From: a virus
Lineage: Duplodnaviria > Caudoviricetes
Virus record (IMG/VR): IMGVR_UViG_3300026453_000039
Span: 1-25,558 of that record
DNA: 25,558 nucleotides
Strand: one strand, 5' to 3'
Part shown: positions 1-9,566 of the stretch, one piece after another
Numbering within the stretch: position 1 is the stretch's first letter
Layout: every line of letters begins with the position of its first letter
Position numbers and translations under genes: made by a program
The notes under the pieces: generated by a model
The model's input: only the letters and a program-made list of their open reading frames with translations
What the model was told of the DNA's origin: nothing
The model's database searches: none

Positions 1-2
1 TT

Positions 3-911
3 AATAATCTATTCGTAGAAAAGTATAGACCGCAAACATTATCAGATTTGGTATTATCTGATAGTAATAGAAAGTATTTTGAATCTATTACTGATGAGAT
101 ACCGAATCTACTCTTTGTCGGTACTCCAGGTTTAGGTAAAACGACTCTAGCTAGAATTCTTGTTAATGATGTACTAGAGTGCCAATATCTTTATATTAAT
201 GCATCAGATGAAAATGGTATTGATACCATTAGATCTAAGGTTGTTGGCTTTGCTCAGACTAAGTCTCTCGACGGTAAAGTAAAGGTAGTAATCTTAGATG
301 AGTCTGATGGAATAACCTTAGATGGTCAGAGAGCATTGCGTAATACTATGGAAGAATATAGTAGCGGTACTCGATTTATTCTTACTGCAAACTATAAGCA
401 TAAGATTATACCAGCTATTCAAAGTAGAACTCAATTCTTCGATCTCAACCCGCCGTTTGACGATGTTGTGAAGCGTGTTGTAGATATTGTTAAACAAGAG
501 GGTATTAAGATTGAAGCTGATCAAAAAGCTAACTTTGTTAATGTTATCAAGCAGAGCTACCCGGATATTCGTAAGATTATCAACAACGTTCAAAAGTCAA
601 CTATTAGTAATATTTTTACTGTTGATCATAGTGTTGATAATAAAGATATCATCAATGTGATTCATAAACACGTTACATCTAACGAAGTTCTAAAACTACG
701 TAAATATCTAATTGAGAATGAAAACGAGTTTCAAGGCGATTATCACAATCTTATGAAACAATATCTAAATTATGTATATGATTCTAGTTTAGATGACAAT
801 AAAAAACGTCAATATATAGTGACTATTTCAGATCACATGTATAAAGACGTATTTGTATTAGATAAAGAGATTAATGCTTTTGCTTGCTGGGTTAATCTTG
901 AGAAGATTTAG
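3..911 (+). CDS. gp44: Sliding clamp loader AAA+ subunit (T4 gp44 / RFC small subunit-like), 5'-truncated by the window edge
   Basis: The frame is open from position 3 (NNLFVEKYRPQTLSDLVL, the RFC box 'EKYRP'), so the true start lies left of the window rather than at TTG 48. Motifs: Walker A GTPGLGKT, INASDENGIDTIR, Walker B ILDESD, Q.ALR..MEE, FILTAN, and arginine finger SRT (canonical SRC). Stop TAG at 909-911. Confidence 0.93.
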   Translation, partial: NNLFVEKYRPQTLSDLVLSDSNRKYFESITDEIPNLLFVGTPGLGKTTLARILVNDVLECQYLYINASDENGIDTIRSKVVGFAQTKSLDGKVKVVILDESDGITLDGQRALRNTMEEYSSGTRFILTANYKHKIIPAIQSRTQFFDLNPPFDDVVKRVVDIVKQEGIKIEADQKANFVNVIKQSYPDIRKIINNVQKSTISNIFTVDHSVDNKDIINVIHKHVTSNEVLKLRKYLIENENEFQGDYHNLMKQYLNYVYDSSLDDNKKRQYIVTISDHMYKDVFVLDKEINAFACWVNLEKI

Positions 912-1617
912 AATCATCGTTTGATTCAGAATCAATGTCACCGTCTTTCTTCCTTTTAAATACCTTTTTAACTATAGCCATTAAGCCTGCTCCAATCAAA
1001 CCGGATACCCATCCCCACACAGCTGATATAGCTGCTGCGGCAGTTTTACCTAAAAACATAAAAGAGTGTAATGCAACTCTCCCGGCTAACTTCAATAGTT
1101 TAAAGAGTTTCTCAATAGCGGTTTTAAGTAATTTTTTAAATTTCTTCGGTCCATTGTTTTTATAAAACATATAACCACCACCTGCTGCAATTGCAGTACC
1201 GGCGCCGAATATTAAACAGACATCTAATGTTGATAGCCCCATACCAGCTGCATATGTTAAGATAGATTGCACAGCTTGGCTTGGTATATTTAACATACTA
1301 CCTATGGCGGATGACGACTCCGCTGTAGCGGCAACAGCACCTTCAGCAGTAATGTGAGGTGCTATAGCATCAACAACTACATCTGGCGAGGCTTGTGTTA
1401 ATGGTTCGACAGATACACCGCCATTTGAAATAGCATCAACCGCATTCGATACCGAATCGGATGTTAATGCATCATGACCTAATTTTGCGACCACTAACGA
1501 AACTGCGATATCTGACAGTACTTTTGCTCCACCTACAATATACGGGATAGCTGGTAAAGCTAAAGGTACCGCTTCATTTAAGACTCTTTCATTGTGAAAC
1601 TCAGCAAACGTCTTCAC
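892..1617 (-). CDS. Hypothetical membrane-associated protein, candidate internal head protein
   Basis: 241 aa. GTG start overlaps the upstream stop (TAGTG). N-terminus MKTFAEFHNE resembles the T4 internal-protein capsid targeting sequence. Two to three Gly/Ala-rich hydrophobic segments are flanked by Lys-rich patches. Confidence 0.75.
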   Translation of the reverse strand: MKTFAEFHNERVLNEAVPLALPAIPYIVGGAKVLSDIAVSLVVAKLGHDALTSDSVSNAVDAISNGGVSVEPLTQASPDVVVDAIAPHITAEGAVAATAESSSAIGSMLNIPSQAVQSILTYAAGMGLSTLDVCLIFGAGTAIAAGGGYMFYKNNGPKKFKKLLKTAIEKLFKLLKLAGRVALHSFMFLGKTAAAAISAVWGWVSGLIGAGLMAIVKKVFKRKKDGDIDSESNDDSKSSQD

Positions 1618-1892
1618 TAGCAGCTTTCCTCATCGCTAATTTTCATCTTACCGGCTTTATCTAAAGCTGCTTGTCCGAGTTTCTGAAGCTGTTCTGATGT
1701 AAGGTAGTTTAAAGCTTTCATCAAACCATCCAAGCCAATTCCAGCACCTTTTGCTATAGCACCAGTAGCTGCAAGCCCTGTTTTTGCAGTAGCCTTACCT
1801 GTCATTTTAGCAGCGCCTTTTGCGAAATCACCAAAACCCTCCTGTACTTGTGTATAAGCTTCTTCTAATAGTTGTGTGTCTTGGTTTTTCAT
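1617..1892 (-). CDS. Small hypothetical Gly/Ala/Lys-rich amphipathic protein (91 aa), candidate internal head protein
   Basis: Start reassigned to ATG at 1892 (MKNQDTQLLEEAY...), 4 nt after the stop of 1897..2487. This removes the 128-nt overlap implied by the 2024 start. Its stop overlaps the next start codon. Confidence 0.72.
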   Translation of the reverse strand: MKNQDTQLLEEAYTQVQEGFGDFAKGAAKMTGKATAKTGLAATGAIAKGAGIGLDGLMKALNYLTSEQLQKLGQAALDKAGKMKISDEESC

Positions 1893-1896
1893 AAAA

Positions 1897-2487
1897 TTAT
1901 CCGTTAATTGGCATATACTGTGCAGTATAATTCTCGTTAACTGCTGGAGATGGTGTAGCAGGCTTCGAAGGAATCTTAGTATTCTTTCTAGCGTTCGAAC
2001 GCTCTGACTTCTTAAGGCTATCACCTTGTTGTGTCATAGTTTGTTGTTCGTTTTCATCTTCTTCATCTACCTCGACTGGATCGATCTGTACTTTATTATC
2101 ATATCTCTGAGAATCCGGTACAGGTGATCTATTAATACCGTCATCATGTACTTGAAGAATACTAACCGGTACTGTCACAGCATTCTTATTGTCATAAAGT
2201 CCGTTTGCTAACTCTACCGCTACATCAGCAAAATACGATGATCCACGATTATCTTCATTTCCAGGAGCTCTTGAAGGCATTTCTGTCTTAATATTGATAA
2301 CCTTCTTATTAAGGTCATTATCAGTGAATAGACTAGTGATGTACTCTTTAACGCTGTCAGGTAAGCTCTTAAAGCATTCCTTACTTTTATAGCCGTCTAT
2401 TAATGACACTCTATCTCCCACGAGAACACCGCCGTTAGTCATTTTTTGAATAGTACTTTCGATTAAATTTAAAAACTTATGTGACAT
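1897..2487 (-). CDS. Hypothetical late protein (196 aa) with a globular N-terminal part and an acidic-then-basic low-complexity tail
   Basis: ATG lies 5 nt downstream of an AATAAATA box. First gene of a tightly packed three-gene minus-strand operon. Tail reads EVDEEDENEQQ...KKSERSNARKNTK. Confidence 0.8.
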   Translation of the reverse strand: MSHKFLNLIESTIQKMTNGGVLVGDRVSLIDGYKSKECFKSLPDSVKEYITSLFTDNDLNKKVINIKTEMPSRAPGNEDNRGSSYFADVAVELANGLYDNKNAVTVPVSILQVHDDGINRSPVPDSQRYDNKVQIDPVEVDEEDENEQQTMTQQGDSLKKSERSNARKNTKIPSKPATPSPAVNENYTAQYMPING

Positions 2488-2492
2488 ATTAT

Positions 2493-2500
2493 TATTTATT
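2493..2500 (-). promoter_or_regulatory. T4-like late promoter box AATAAATA
   Basis: Minus strand reads AATAAATA-ATAAT-ATG(2487). T4 late consensus is TATAAATA. Confidence 0.7.
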
Positions 2501-2523
2501 AGACTCAGTACATTATTCTATAG

Positions 2524-2531
2524 CTTAAATA
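2524..2531 (+). promoter_or_regulatory. T4-like late promoter box (CT)TAAATA
   Basis: CTTAAATA-TTATTATA-ATG(2540). Divergent partner of the 2493-2500 box. Confidence 0.55.
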
Positions 2532-2539
2532 TTATTATA

Positions 2540-3019
2540 ATGGCAACTCTTAATCTAGATATTTTAAAGCAGCAAAATACCGCAAAGGGCAACGAGGAAG
2601 CTATTTATACAGACTTACATTTAGATGTTAAACAAAAATTTCCACTCCGAAATGAATTAGAGAAGACATATCAAGTTAGAGATATTGTTTCAGACGTTAA
2701 TTTAGACGCAATTAGTAATGCTTTTGTTAGTCTGTTAACTACAAGCCCTGGCGAGAAAATATTAAATCCACTATTTGGTATAAATTTCGGTGATTTGCTT
2801 TTTTTACCAGTGACAGAAGAACGTGCAGGTGTCATCGGTAATACTATTATATCTAATATTGAGAAATTTGAACCGAGGATAAAACTTTTAGGTCTTACCT
2901 TAACTCCCGTCATCGATCAGCAGGAGTATATATGCGATTTTGTATATACTATCCCTCGTTTTAATAATCAGGAGTTAAATCTTAAAGGTAAGCTTAGCAG
3001 CTCAGGATTTTACGTATAA
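2540..3019 (+). CDS. gp25: Baseplate wedge subunit, gp25/GPW-like
   Basis: YTDLHLD, D..AI.NA..SLLTTSPGEKILNPLFG, and I..NIEKFEPRIKL match the gp25 family pattern. Immediately upstream of a gp6-like gene. Confidence 0.9.
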   Translation: MATLNLDILKQQNTAKGNEEAIYTDLHLDVKQKFPLRNELEKTYQVRDIVSDVNLDAISNAFVSLLTTSPGEKILNPLFGINFGDLLFLPVTEERAGVIGNTIISNIEKFEPRIKLLGLTLTPVIDQQEYICDFVYTIPRFNNQELNLKGKLSSSGFYV

Positions 3020-3022
3020 ATA
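3015..3022 (+). promoter_or_regulatory. T4 late promoter TATAAATA (perfect match)
   Basis: TATAAATA-TTAAT-ATG(3028). Overlaps the gp25 stop codon. Confidence 0.75.
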
Positions 3023-3027
3023 TTAAT

Positions 3028-4860
3028 ATGGCTTTCGCTGATACAGATTTTACTCTACCGAGAGATGCATATGCTACTTTCGATGCACTAACCTTAAAGA
3101 AGCTTATAAAGCAGAGATTGACTCAAGGCGGTGTTTTTACAGATCAAGATTTTGAGGGTAGTAATATTTCATCTATTATAGATATTATTGCTTTCTCATA
3201 CCATTTATCGTTATTCTATCTTAACCAAACAGCGTCAGAGACATTATTCGATGAAGCTACTCTCTTTGAAAATATTAACAGAGTAACAAAACTTATAGGT
3301 TATAATCCTACTGGCTATAAGACATCAGTACTATCATTTAATGCTACGGCCGGTGAATTGTTACCGGTTAATATATATACAATAAAAAGATTTTCCTTTT
3401 TCACAGTAAATGGTGTCAATTTCTCGTTCATAAAAGACGCTACTTTTAGTAAGACAAATGACGTAAACGAGGTATTAACTACGTTAACTGAGCAGAATTT
3501 ATTATATCAAGGTAAGTACTTCGAGCACCCTGCGCAGATAGCTATCGGAGAAGATTTCGAGACTGTATCTCTTATTGTTAAGGATAATGTAAATAAAACT
3601 CCTATTAATATAGAGGATAGCAGTATTAATGTTTTTGTGCAGAGATTTGAGGATAATAAATATATCGAATTTATTGAGGTTGATTCTATCTTCACGCAAA
3701 ATAGTTCATCATATGCTTATGAAAAAAGATTAAATGAAAATGGATTTTATGAATTAAAATTCGGAAATAATATTAACGGTGTTAAGCTAGGAGCTGGTGA
3801 TAAAATATTTATATACTATTTACAAAGTGATGGTACAAAAGGAGTAATAGCTGCCGGCGCTTTGGATGGTAATAATATTAATATTTTTACAAGTAATCAG
3901 TTTGAAAAAATATCGAATAATATATACGAGACTGGTACTGTATTTTTGACACCTAGTATTGCGACAAATATATCGTTTGTAAATGATTATGCTTCAACTG
4001 CTCCAATGGAGATCGAAACTGTCGATCAAATTAAAACCAATTCACCGAAGACTTTCTTTGCACAGAACCGATTAGTCACAATAGGAGATATCGATACCTT
4101 TATCGATAAGAATTATTCGAATATAGTATCTAGTTCTCGATCAGTTAATAATACATCATATATTGATAATGTTATAAAATATTACTATAGTTTAGGGCTC
4201 GATCGACCTAATGACGATCCGCGATTCCTTTTTAATCAAGTTAAGTTTGCGAGTACATCCCAGCTAAATACTGTACATGTATTTCTCGTACCTAAATTAA
4301 AGACAGTAAGCAGCGATAACCGGCCTTTCTTTTTAACTAGCTCGCAAAAATCCGAGATAATAAATTCTATGAGCAGTAGTAAAATGGCAAATATGGAGAT
4401 CGTACCTCACGATCCAATATACAATGGCATTACTGTCGGACTTGAAGATAGTACCAGTGCAGCTAGTGTAGCGGATATTGATCAGAGTTTTTTAGTCATT
4501 CGACGCGTGTTAAATGAACGATTTAGTGCAACTAAAATTCAAGAGAATGTAAATATTATTTTTCAAAACGCGTTTAAAACTGGAGAAGCAAACTTAGGAC
4601 AAACTATTAATAATAGTGACATTACAGCTCAGATACTAAATATACCAGGGGTGCAGAGTATATTAACTAGACGGGTTAATAGTCTAGGAGAGATTGTTAG
4701 AGAAGTGCCGTTTTTAAACTTATACTCATTTAACGCTATATATAGCGATGTAGATATTATATCAACTTCATCAAATATCACATTACCGTTCTTTAAATAT
4801 CCGTTTCTATATAATGGTACATTAGCTGATAGAATATTAATTGAAACTGTTGAATCATAA
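3028..4860 (+). CDS. gp6: Baseplate wedge subunit, T4 gp6-like
   Basis: FTDQDFEGSNISSIIDIIA, FYLN...SE..FD.A, KLIGYNP, YELKFGNNING.KL..G..I.I.YL.SDG..G, and ETVDQIKTNSPKTFFAQNRLVT..D are all gp6 hallmarks. 610 aa. Confidence 0.92.
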   Translation: MAFADTDFTLPRDAYATFDALTLKKLIKQRLTQGGVFTDQDFEGSNISSIIDIIAFSYHLSLFYLNQTASETLFDEATLFENINRVTKLIGYNPTGYKTSVLSFNATAGELLPVNIYTIKRFSFFTVNGVNFSFIKDATFSKTNDVNEVLTTLTEQNLLYQGKYFEHPAQIAIGEDFETVSLIVKDNVNKTPINIEDSSINVFVQRFEDNKYIEFIEVDSIFTQNSSSYAYEKRLNENGFYELKFGNNINGVKLGAGDKIFIYYLQSDGTKGVIAAGALDGNNINIFTSNQFEKISNNIYETGTVFLTPSIATNISFVNDYASTAPMEIETVDQIKTNSPKTFFAQNRLVTIGDIDTFIDKNYSNIVSSSRSVNNTSYIDNVIKYYYSLGLDRPNDDPRFLFNQVKFASTSQLNTVHVFLVPKLKTVSSDNRPFFLTSSQKSEIINSMSSSKMANMEIVPHDPIYNGITVGLEDSTSAASVADIDQSFLVIRRVLNERFSATKIQENVNIIFQNAFKTGEANLGQTINNSDITAQILNIPGVQSILTRRVNSLGEIVREVPFLNLYSFNAIYSDVDIISTSSNITLPFFKYPFLYNGTLADRILIETVES

Positions 4861-5654
4861 TGGCATTAACAATCCCAACATCGCCTAGTTACAATTTTGA
4901 TAGAAGTTATGACTCTCTACCGCCAATAGTAGTTCCTATTACGATAAAGAACTCAAATTTTACATTCGATCCAGGTCAGGTATTATCAGCTTATGCGTGT
5001 CCTATAGATAAATTATTTATATACCCGGAATTTACCTATAGTCAGGGTCTATGTACAACTAATATTGCGGATGACTATAGATACTTTCTTGATTTAGGAG
5101 ACGGTACAATAAGCGATGATTTAACCGCTCAACACTTTTACTCTACACCAGGTGATTATAAAATAACGCTTGTCGCTGTCGACAGCGCCACTAATTTTTA
5201 TAAATCCGTTGATCAACCTGTTATACGCGTTGTGAATGCTGTTGAAGATTCGTTATATATGACATATAAGCATACTGGATCTGCCTACGAGTCGACATTT
5301 GAAAATCCTATCATTATAACAAGGTTCAACTCATACCATTCGTACGCATCAGTGTCTGCTAAAGGTGGGTATACAATAAATTTATCCGTATCAGGTAATA
5401 AAAGTGAATTTAAAACGCAAGAAAGCTACAACAGTGATCCTAACGTTCATCTAAATACATTTTCTACATTTGCCTCTGCTACCTCAAACGGTTTTGAGGT
5501 CATGACATCTATACAGACAGATAATACTTTTATATACGCAAGACGTCGCCGGTTAGATCCTAAGGCAGGTTTAGAATTCTTTAGCTTCCCGGCACCCGGT
5601 ACAATATTTATAGGTACATCCGGAACTGCTGAAGTTTATTATTACGAAGATTAG
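4860..5654 (+). CDS. PKD-domain-containing virion (baseplate-associated) protein
   Basis: PKD-like signature YFLDLGDGT...AQHFYSTPGDYKITLVAVD. TAATG stop/start coupling with gp6. Confidence 0.75.
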   Translation: MALTIPTSPSYNFDRSYDSLPPIVVPITIKNSNFTFDPGQVLSAYACPIDKLFIYPEFTYSQGLCTTNIADDYRYFLDLGDGTISDDLTAQHFYSTPGDYKITLVAVDSATNFYKSVDQPVIRVVNAVEDSLYMTYKHTGSAYESTFENPIIITRFNSYHSYASVSAKGGYTINLSVSGNKSEFKTQESYNSDPNVHLNTFSTFASATSNGFEVMTSIQTDNTFIYARRRRLDPKAGLEFFSFPAPGTIFIGTSGTAEVYYYED

Positions 5655-5662
5655 AGCTGGTT

Positions 5663-5670
5663 AATAAATA
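5663..5670 (+). promoter_or_regulatory. T4-like late promoter box AATAAATA
   Basis: AATAAATA-ATCAT-ATG(5676). Confidence 0.7.
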
Positions 5671-5675
5671 ATCAT

Positions 5676-7190
5676 ATGGCAGGCCATAATACAATTCTAT
5701 TTGCGTCATTTGATACTCAGCAGTTTCAAGATCCGGAGTCGAGATTTATTAACTATAATAATGAGAGCGATTTTGCTATTCTTAATGATGTACCGGCTAC
5801 TATACATTTTGCAATCAGCGCGCGTGATGTAACGTCATTAATACCTACCATTAACTTCACATCTAACGGCGTTGATGGTTTCGGTGATTTTATTGAGACG
5901 TTTAATATACCGAAAATTAATTTTACTAATCAAAAAATATTCTTTATAGCTCGATTTAAAGACGGAATTATACCACTTAAAAGAGAGCCGTTAATAGAGA
6001 GTACGATAGATTTACTTATTACGCATAATAGCAATGATACAATACGCATATTTAACACGGATAATAATTCCCTTATTATTAATGAAGGAGACCTGACTCT
6101 TTCGCTTATAAGCGCATATAATACCCCAAACAGCGGTACCATTGACGAGTCATATGCAAAATTTAGTAGCAACTTTAAGAGCCTAACAGGGAATGATGGT
6201 GGGTTCTTTAAAGGCTATCTTACAAGTACTTTAACCGGCAGCGATCTTAGAATTCGACTTATATACGAATCAACTACGCAAGGCCAAACCCTAACAGCTT
6301 TCTCAACTCCATTTGATATCAACGCTAATACTGGTATATATGATGTTAGAAAGGTGAATGAAAATAATGATCAATCTCAAAATTATAAAGATCTAATATA
6401 CCAAGACGCGATACTAAATAAACCAATGTTCTTTGACAATCTACTCGGTCAATCAGTTGGTACGCGAGATAGCTCAGTCGAAACATTAGGTATAAAGACG
6501 TTCGAAAAGACAGCTAATTTTGTTCAAAATAACGCTGATCCTGATTACTGTAATTTAAAAGCTCTAATTTCAATGTTTAGAGAGTTAAATATAAATTTTG
6601 AAGATTATAATCAACAGTTTCCGCCTAGCTTGACGAGATTAGTTGATATACTATCTGTCAGTCCATCTAAGCAGACACTTAAGAAAAATCAGTTCCAGGG
6701 AAATTTTGATGATAAAGGATTTACATCAAAAACTGTATTTGGTAAAAATAAAGGAGATGTCCTTCCAGTCAACACAACTATTTTACATACCGGAGATCAA
6801 TCGAAGTATATATTAGCGTTTGAGAAGTTTAGCGAAAATTATACGTTAGTTAATACCAATCTGCTTAGTGCCATTGAAGTTGATTATAGAACATCGAGTA
6901 CATACGCATTATCGAGTTATAATGATACGTGGGGCTGGGGACTAGTTGTACCGATAGATACCACAGGCATTGATATACAAGATTACTATGAATTCTACGA
7001 CTATGACAACACTATCGATGGTACTTTAATAGAGGATTTTATTGATTATACTAATTCGAACTGTACATATTTACAGACAATAACATCCTATGATGAAATT
7101 ATGGAAAAGGATGGTGTTGCTGAAAATTTATTGCAATATAATTTATACACTAATTGCGGCCTCATTTCAGGTCTTGAACGCATTGATTAA
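5676..7190 (+). CDS. Putative baseplate protein (possible gp7/P2 gpI-like wedge segment)
   Basis: 504-aa ORF in the baseplate cluster. Segment ANFVQNNADPDYCNLKALISM...FPPSLTRLVDILS loosely resembles the gpI/gp7 helical core. Functional call is inference. Confidence 0.6.
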   Translation: MAGHNTILFASFDTQQFQDPESRFINYNNESDFAILNDVPATIHFAISARDVTSLIPTINFTSNGVDGFGDFIETFNIPKINFTNQKIFFIARFKDGIIPLKREPLIESTIDLLITHNSNDTIRIFNTDNNSLIINEGDLTLSLISAYNTPNSGTIDESYAKFSSNFKSLTGNDGGFFKGYLTSTLTGSDLRIRLIYESTTQGQTLTAFSTPFDINANTGIYDVRKVNENNDQSQNYKDLIYQDAILNKPMFFDNLLGQSVGTRDSSVETLGIKTFEKTANFVQNNADPDYCNLKALISMFRELNINFEDYNQQFPPSLTRLVDILSVSPSKQTLKKNQFQGNFDDKGFTSKTVFGKNKGDVLPVNTTILHTGDQSKYILAFEKFSENYTLVNTNLLSAIEVDYRTSSTYALSSYNDTWGWGLVVPIDTTGIDIQDYYEFYDYDNTIDGTLIEDFIDYTNSNCTYLQTITSYDEIMEKDGVAENLLQYNLYTNCGLISGLERID

Positions 7191-7193
7191 ATA
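7186..7193 (+). promoter_or_regulatory. T4-like late promoter box ATTAAATA
   Basis: ATTAAATA-TTTTAT-ATG(7200). Overlaps the upstream stop TAA. Confidence 0.6.
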
Positions 7194-7199
7194 TTTTAT

Positions 7200-9566
7200 A
7201 TGGGTGAGATTGTATCAGATACTTTAGTATACAATAGTATAACTAATACGCTAGGAGACGAAAAGCTCGATGCGCGAGCACCATTCTCGTTAATTGAATT
7301 TTTGAATTATAGTGGGAATATGTCTAGATCGATCAACGATCTTAGTAAATACGATATTTACCTTCGCCGGTGGCAGGGTGTCGCAAATGTTAATTTAACC
7401 GAAATTAATGCAGATATAAAAACGCAGTTTACTGCATTTCTTAGCGAAGTTAAACTTTTATATTCATCATCCGAAGAGAAGAGATATCTAGATAATATTA
7501 ATTTGCAGGATGAAGAGCAGCTCTCAATTGCGATCCCATTTTTTGCGAGGAAAATTAAAGAGATATCTCAATATTTTAGTACAAAGAGAAAGCAGATAAA
7601 TAAGGATCTTGCACTTATCAAAACGAAAGGCTCTGATACAGGGTTAATTGACTCTATAAAGAATGAGTTACTTGATTTGTATAGCGGGGATGACGCATTA
7701 ACAGAATTAGAAATTCCAGATAATATAGGAGAATTCATTGATAGTTTATCTATTGAAGTGGAGCCTATATATGATACTTTTAATGATTACTATGATTTAG
7801 ATCCTGGTAAGGCTCCAACCTTTTATGATACGATTTCTGGTGACCGGTTCGAGTACCATACATCAAATACAAATATAATTAGCGGTGATTTCTTTTATGA
7901 TACAGAACAAGCGATTAAAGACATTATAAATACGCAAGGTATTGTTCTACAGGAAATACCCGGCTTATTAGTAGATTTTAATAATACCGATATATCAACT
8001 CTACCAGAAACGTATTTTCAAGATTATAATAATTCCGGTAAGTCAAATTTAAAGTATATACTGCAAGCGGAGCTAGTTCAGAAGTTTATGGGTACGGATA
8101 TGTATTATATATCCTCTAATTCTTCTAATGAGATCTTATCCGGTAAGATGTTTGATGCACAATATCCGTATCGAAATCTGCTTAATATAAATAACCCATC
8201 AACTATACAAGTACCCGGTAATGATTATAAGACTGAACGTGAAGTTGGGCTATTCTTCAAACCTACAAATCACGGTATACTTAAAATTGACGCTGCTTTC
8301 GACCCGGTATTGGATAAAAGATCCATAGAAGCTGATAAGGTTTATATGTTTCCGGACCCGTCGCGGTATGGTAAAATATCCGGTGTAGGTGAATCTGCTA
8401 GAGAGTCACCATTTATCTTTGTTTTAAAAAATTCTGAATTTAAAAATAATTCATCATCTTTCGGTAAATCTCTCGTAAAAAGCGATAATGATAGTCAAAA
8501 TTTCTACAGTTATTCATCGCTAGAGCAGAATAATTTTGCCCAGACTAACGAAGGGTGGTCAGCTGGATTGCAAGCTAGTGACATACAAGGCGATATATTT
8601 GCTGAAGTAGGCGATATATACGGTAATATATTCTATACATACAATCCAACGACAATCGCAAATAAAAATCTCGAAGGATTTACGCCAATCGAAACTCCTC
8701 TTGGTATAGCACCGACAGAATATATTTCATTAACTGCAGATGATCGGCAAACTATAGACACCAAGAAAAGACTCGTTAAACCTATATACGTATATAATAC
8801 TTTAAAGGATGAGTATCAGCCTATAGCGGTCGCTCTTAAAAATGTATTTAGTAAATATGTATACAGCCCTGCAATCTACAACGAGTTACAAAACTCTATT
8901 ACTGGGGTAGATATATATAGGAATACATTTTACATCCGTACCTTAAACTACCTCATTATCGATAATATCATTTATAACGAGGATGGTACATTTGACTCTA
9001 AGATGTTTGTATCGCGTGTAAAAGAGGTTAACCCTGCTATAGCTACATCTCAGAACAATACTCAAATCTCCAATATCAGTAATAGTGTAAGAATTGACAG
9101 GGATGTTTATAATATCAAAATAGAAAGTGATTTAACAACATCACCGATCAACTCTCGTATATTTTACTTCTCTATTTTTAAATACGAGCTGGATACACAA
9201 AATGAGATTAATATAATCAGCGACAATACAACAAATAGAAGTTATTTTGCCGAAAACTTTACTTTCGATGTTGGTACAAATATTACCCAGGTTAGAGATA
9301 TGAGACTATCGTATAATAAAAAGCAAGATAAATTCTTTTTATTAACGGATTTTGCTGATCTTAATAATACAGATTTTTACCATGTACTTGTTTTTACAAT
9401 AAAAGGTAATAAATTAACAATATCAAAAAACTTTGTTATAAGTCCCGGTAATGATAATCTAACAAGTAATTTTTATAGGTATAATGAACTTGTAGATAAC
9501 TTTACTACTCAGTCGCTCGATTCAACACCAACACAAATAACACAAAATGGCACATTTAACTTCTAG
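7200..9566 (+). CDS. Large putative baseplate/virion structural protein
   Basis: 788 aa, no Cys. Helical N-terminus with KIKEISQYF...LIKTKGSDTGL (reminiscent of the gp7/gpI 'KG[TS]' motif) and a beta-rich C-terminus. Located in the structural cluster. Confidence 0.65.
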   Translation: MGEIVSDTLVYNSITNTLGDEKLDARAPFSLIEFLNYSGNMSRSINDLSKYDIYLRRWQGVANVNLTEINADIKTQFTAFLSEVKLLYSSSEEKRYLDNINLQDEEQLSIAIPFFARKIKEISQYFSTKRKQINKDLALIKTKGSDTGLIDSIKNELLDLYSGDDALTELEIPDNIGEFIDSLSIEVEPIYDTFNDYYDLDPGKAPTFYDTISGDRFEYHTSNTNIISGDFFYDTEQAIKDIINTQGIVLQEIPGLLVDFNNTDISTLPETYFQDYNNSGKSNLKYILQAELVQKFMGTDMYYISSNSSNEILSGKMFDAQYPYRNLLNINNPSTIQVPGNDYKTEREVGLFFKPTNHGILKIDAAFDPVLDKRSIEADKVYMFPDPSRYGKISGVGESARESPFIFVLKNSEFKNNSSSFGKSLVKSDNDSQNFYSYSSLEQNNFAQTNEGWSAGLQASDIQGDIFAEVGDIYGNIFYTYNPTTIANKNLEGFTPIETPLGIAPTEYISLTADDRQTIDTKKRLVKPIYVYNTLKDEYQPIAVALKNVFSKYVYSPAIYNELQNSITGVDIYRNTFYIRTLNYLIIDNIIYNEDGTFDSKMFVSRVKEVNPAIATSQNNTQISNISNSVRIDRDVYNIKIESDLTTSPINSRIFYFSIFKYELDTQNEINIISDNTTNRSYFAENFTFDVGTNITQVRDMRLSYNKKQDKFFLLTDFADLNNTDFYHVLVFTIKGNKLTISKNFVISPGNDNLTSNFYRYNELVDNFTTQSLDSTPTQITQNGTFNF

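Noticed and set aside
48-50. TTG start for the clamp loader
   Set aside because: The conserved EKYRP box lies upstream in the same open frame, so the real start is outside the window.
1893-2024. N-terminal 44-aa extension of the 1617..2024 ORF
   Set aside because: It overlaps the 3' end of 1897..2487 in another frame. The ATG at 1892 gives a clean 4-nt gap and a more plausible N-terminus.
2540-4860. Bacterial contractile injection system (T6SS/eCIS) or cellular RFC locus
   Set aside because: gp6 is full T4-type, the loader is gp44-like, T4 late promoter boxes are present and there are no cellular genes. A lytic phage origin fits better.
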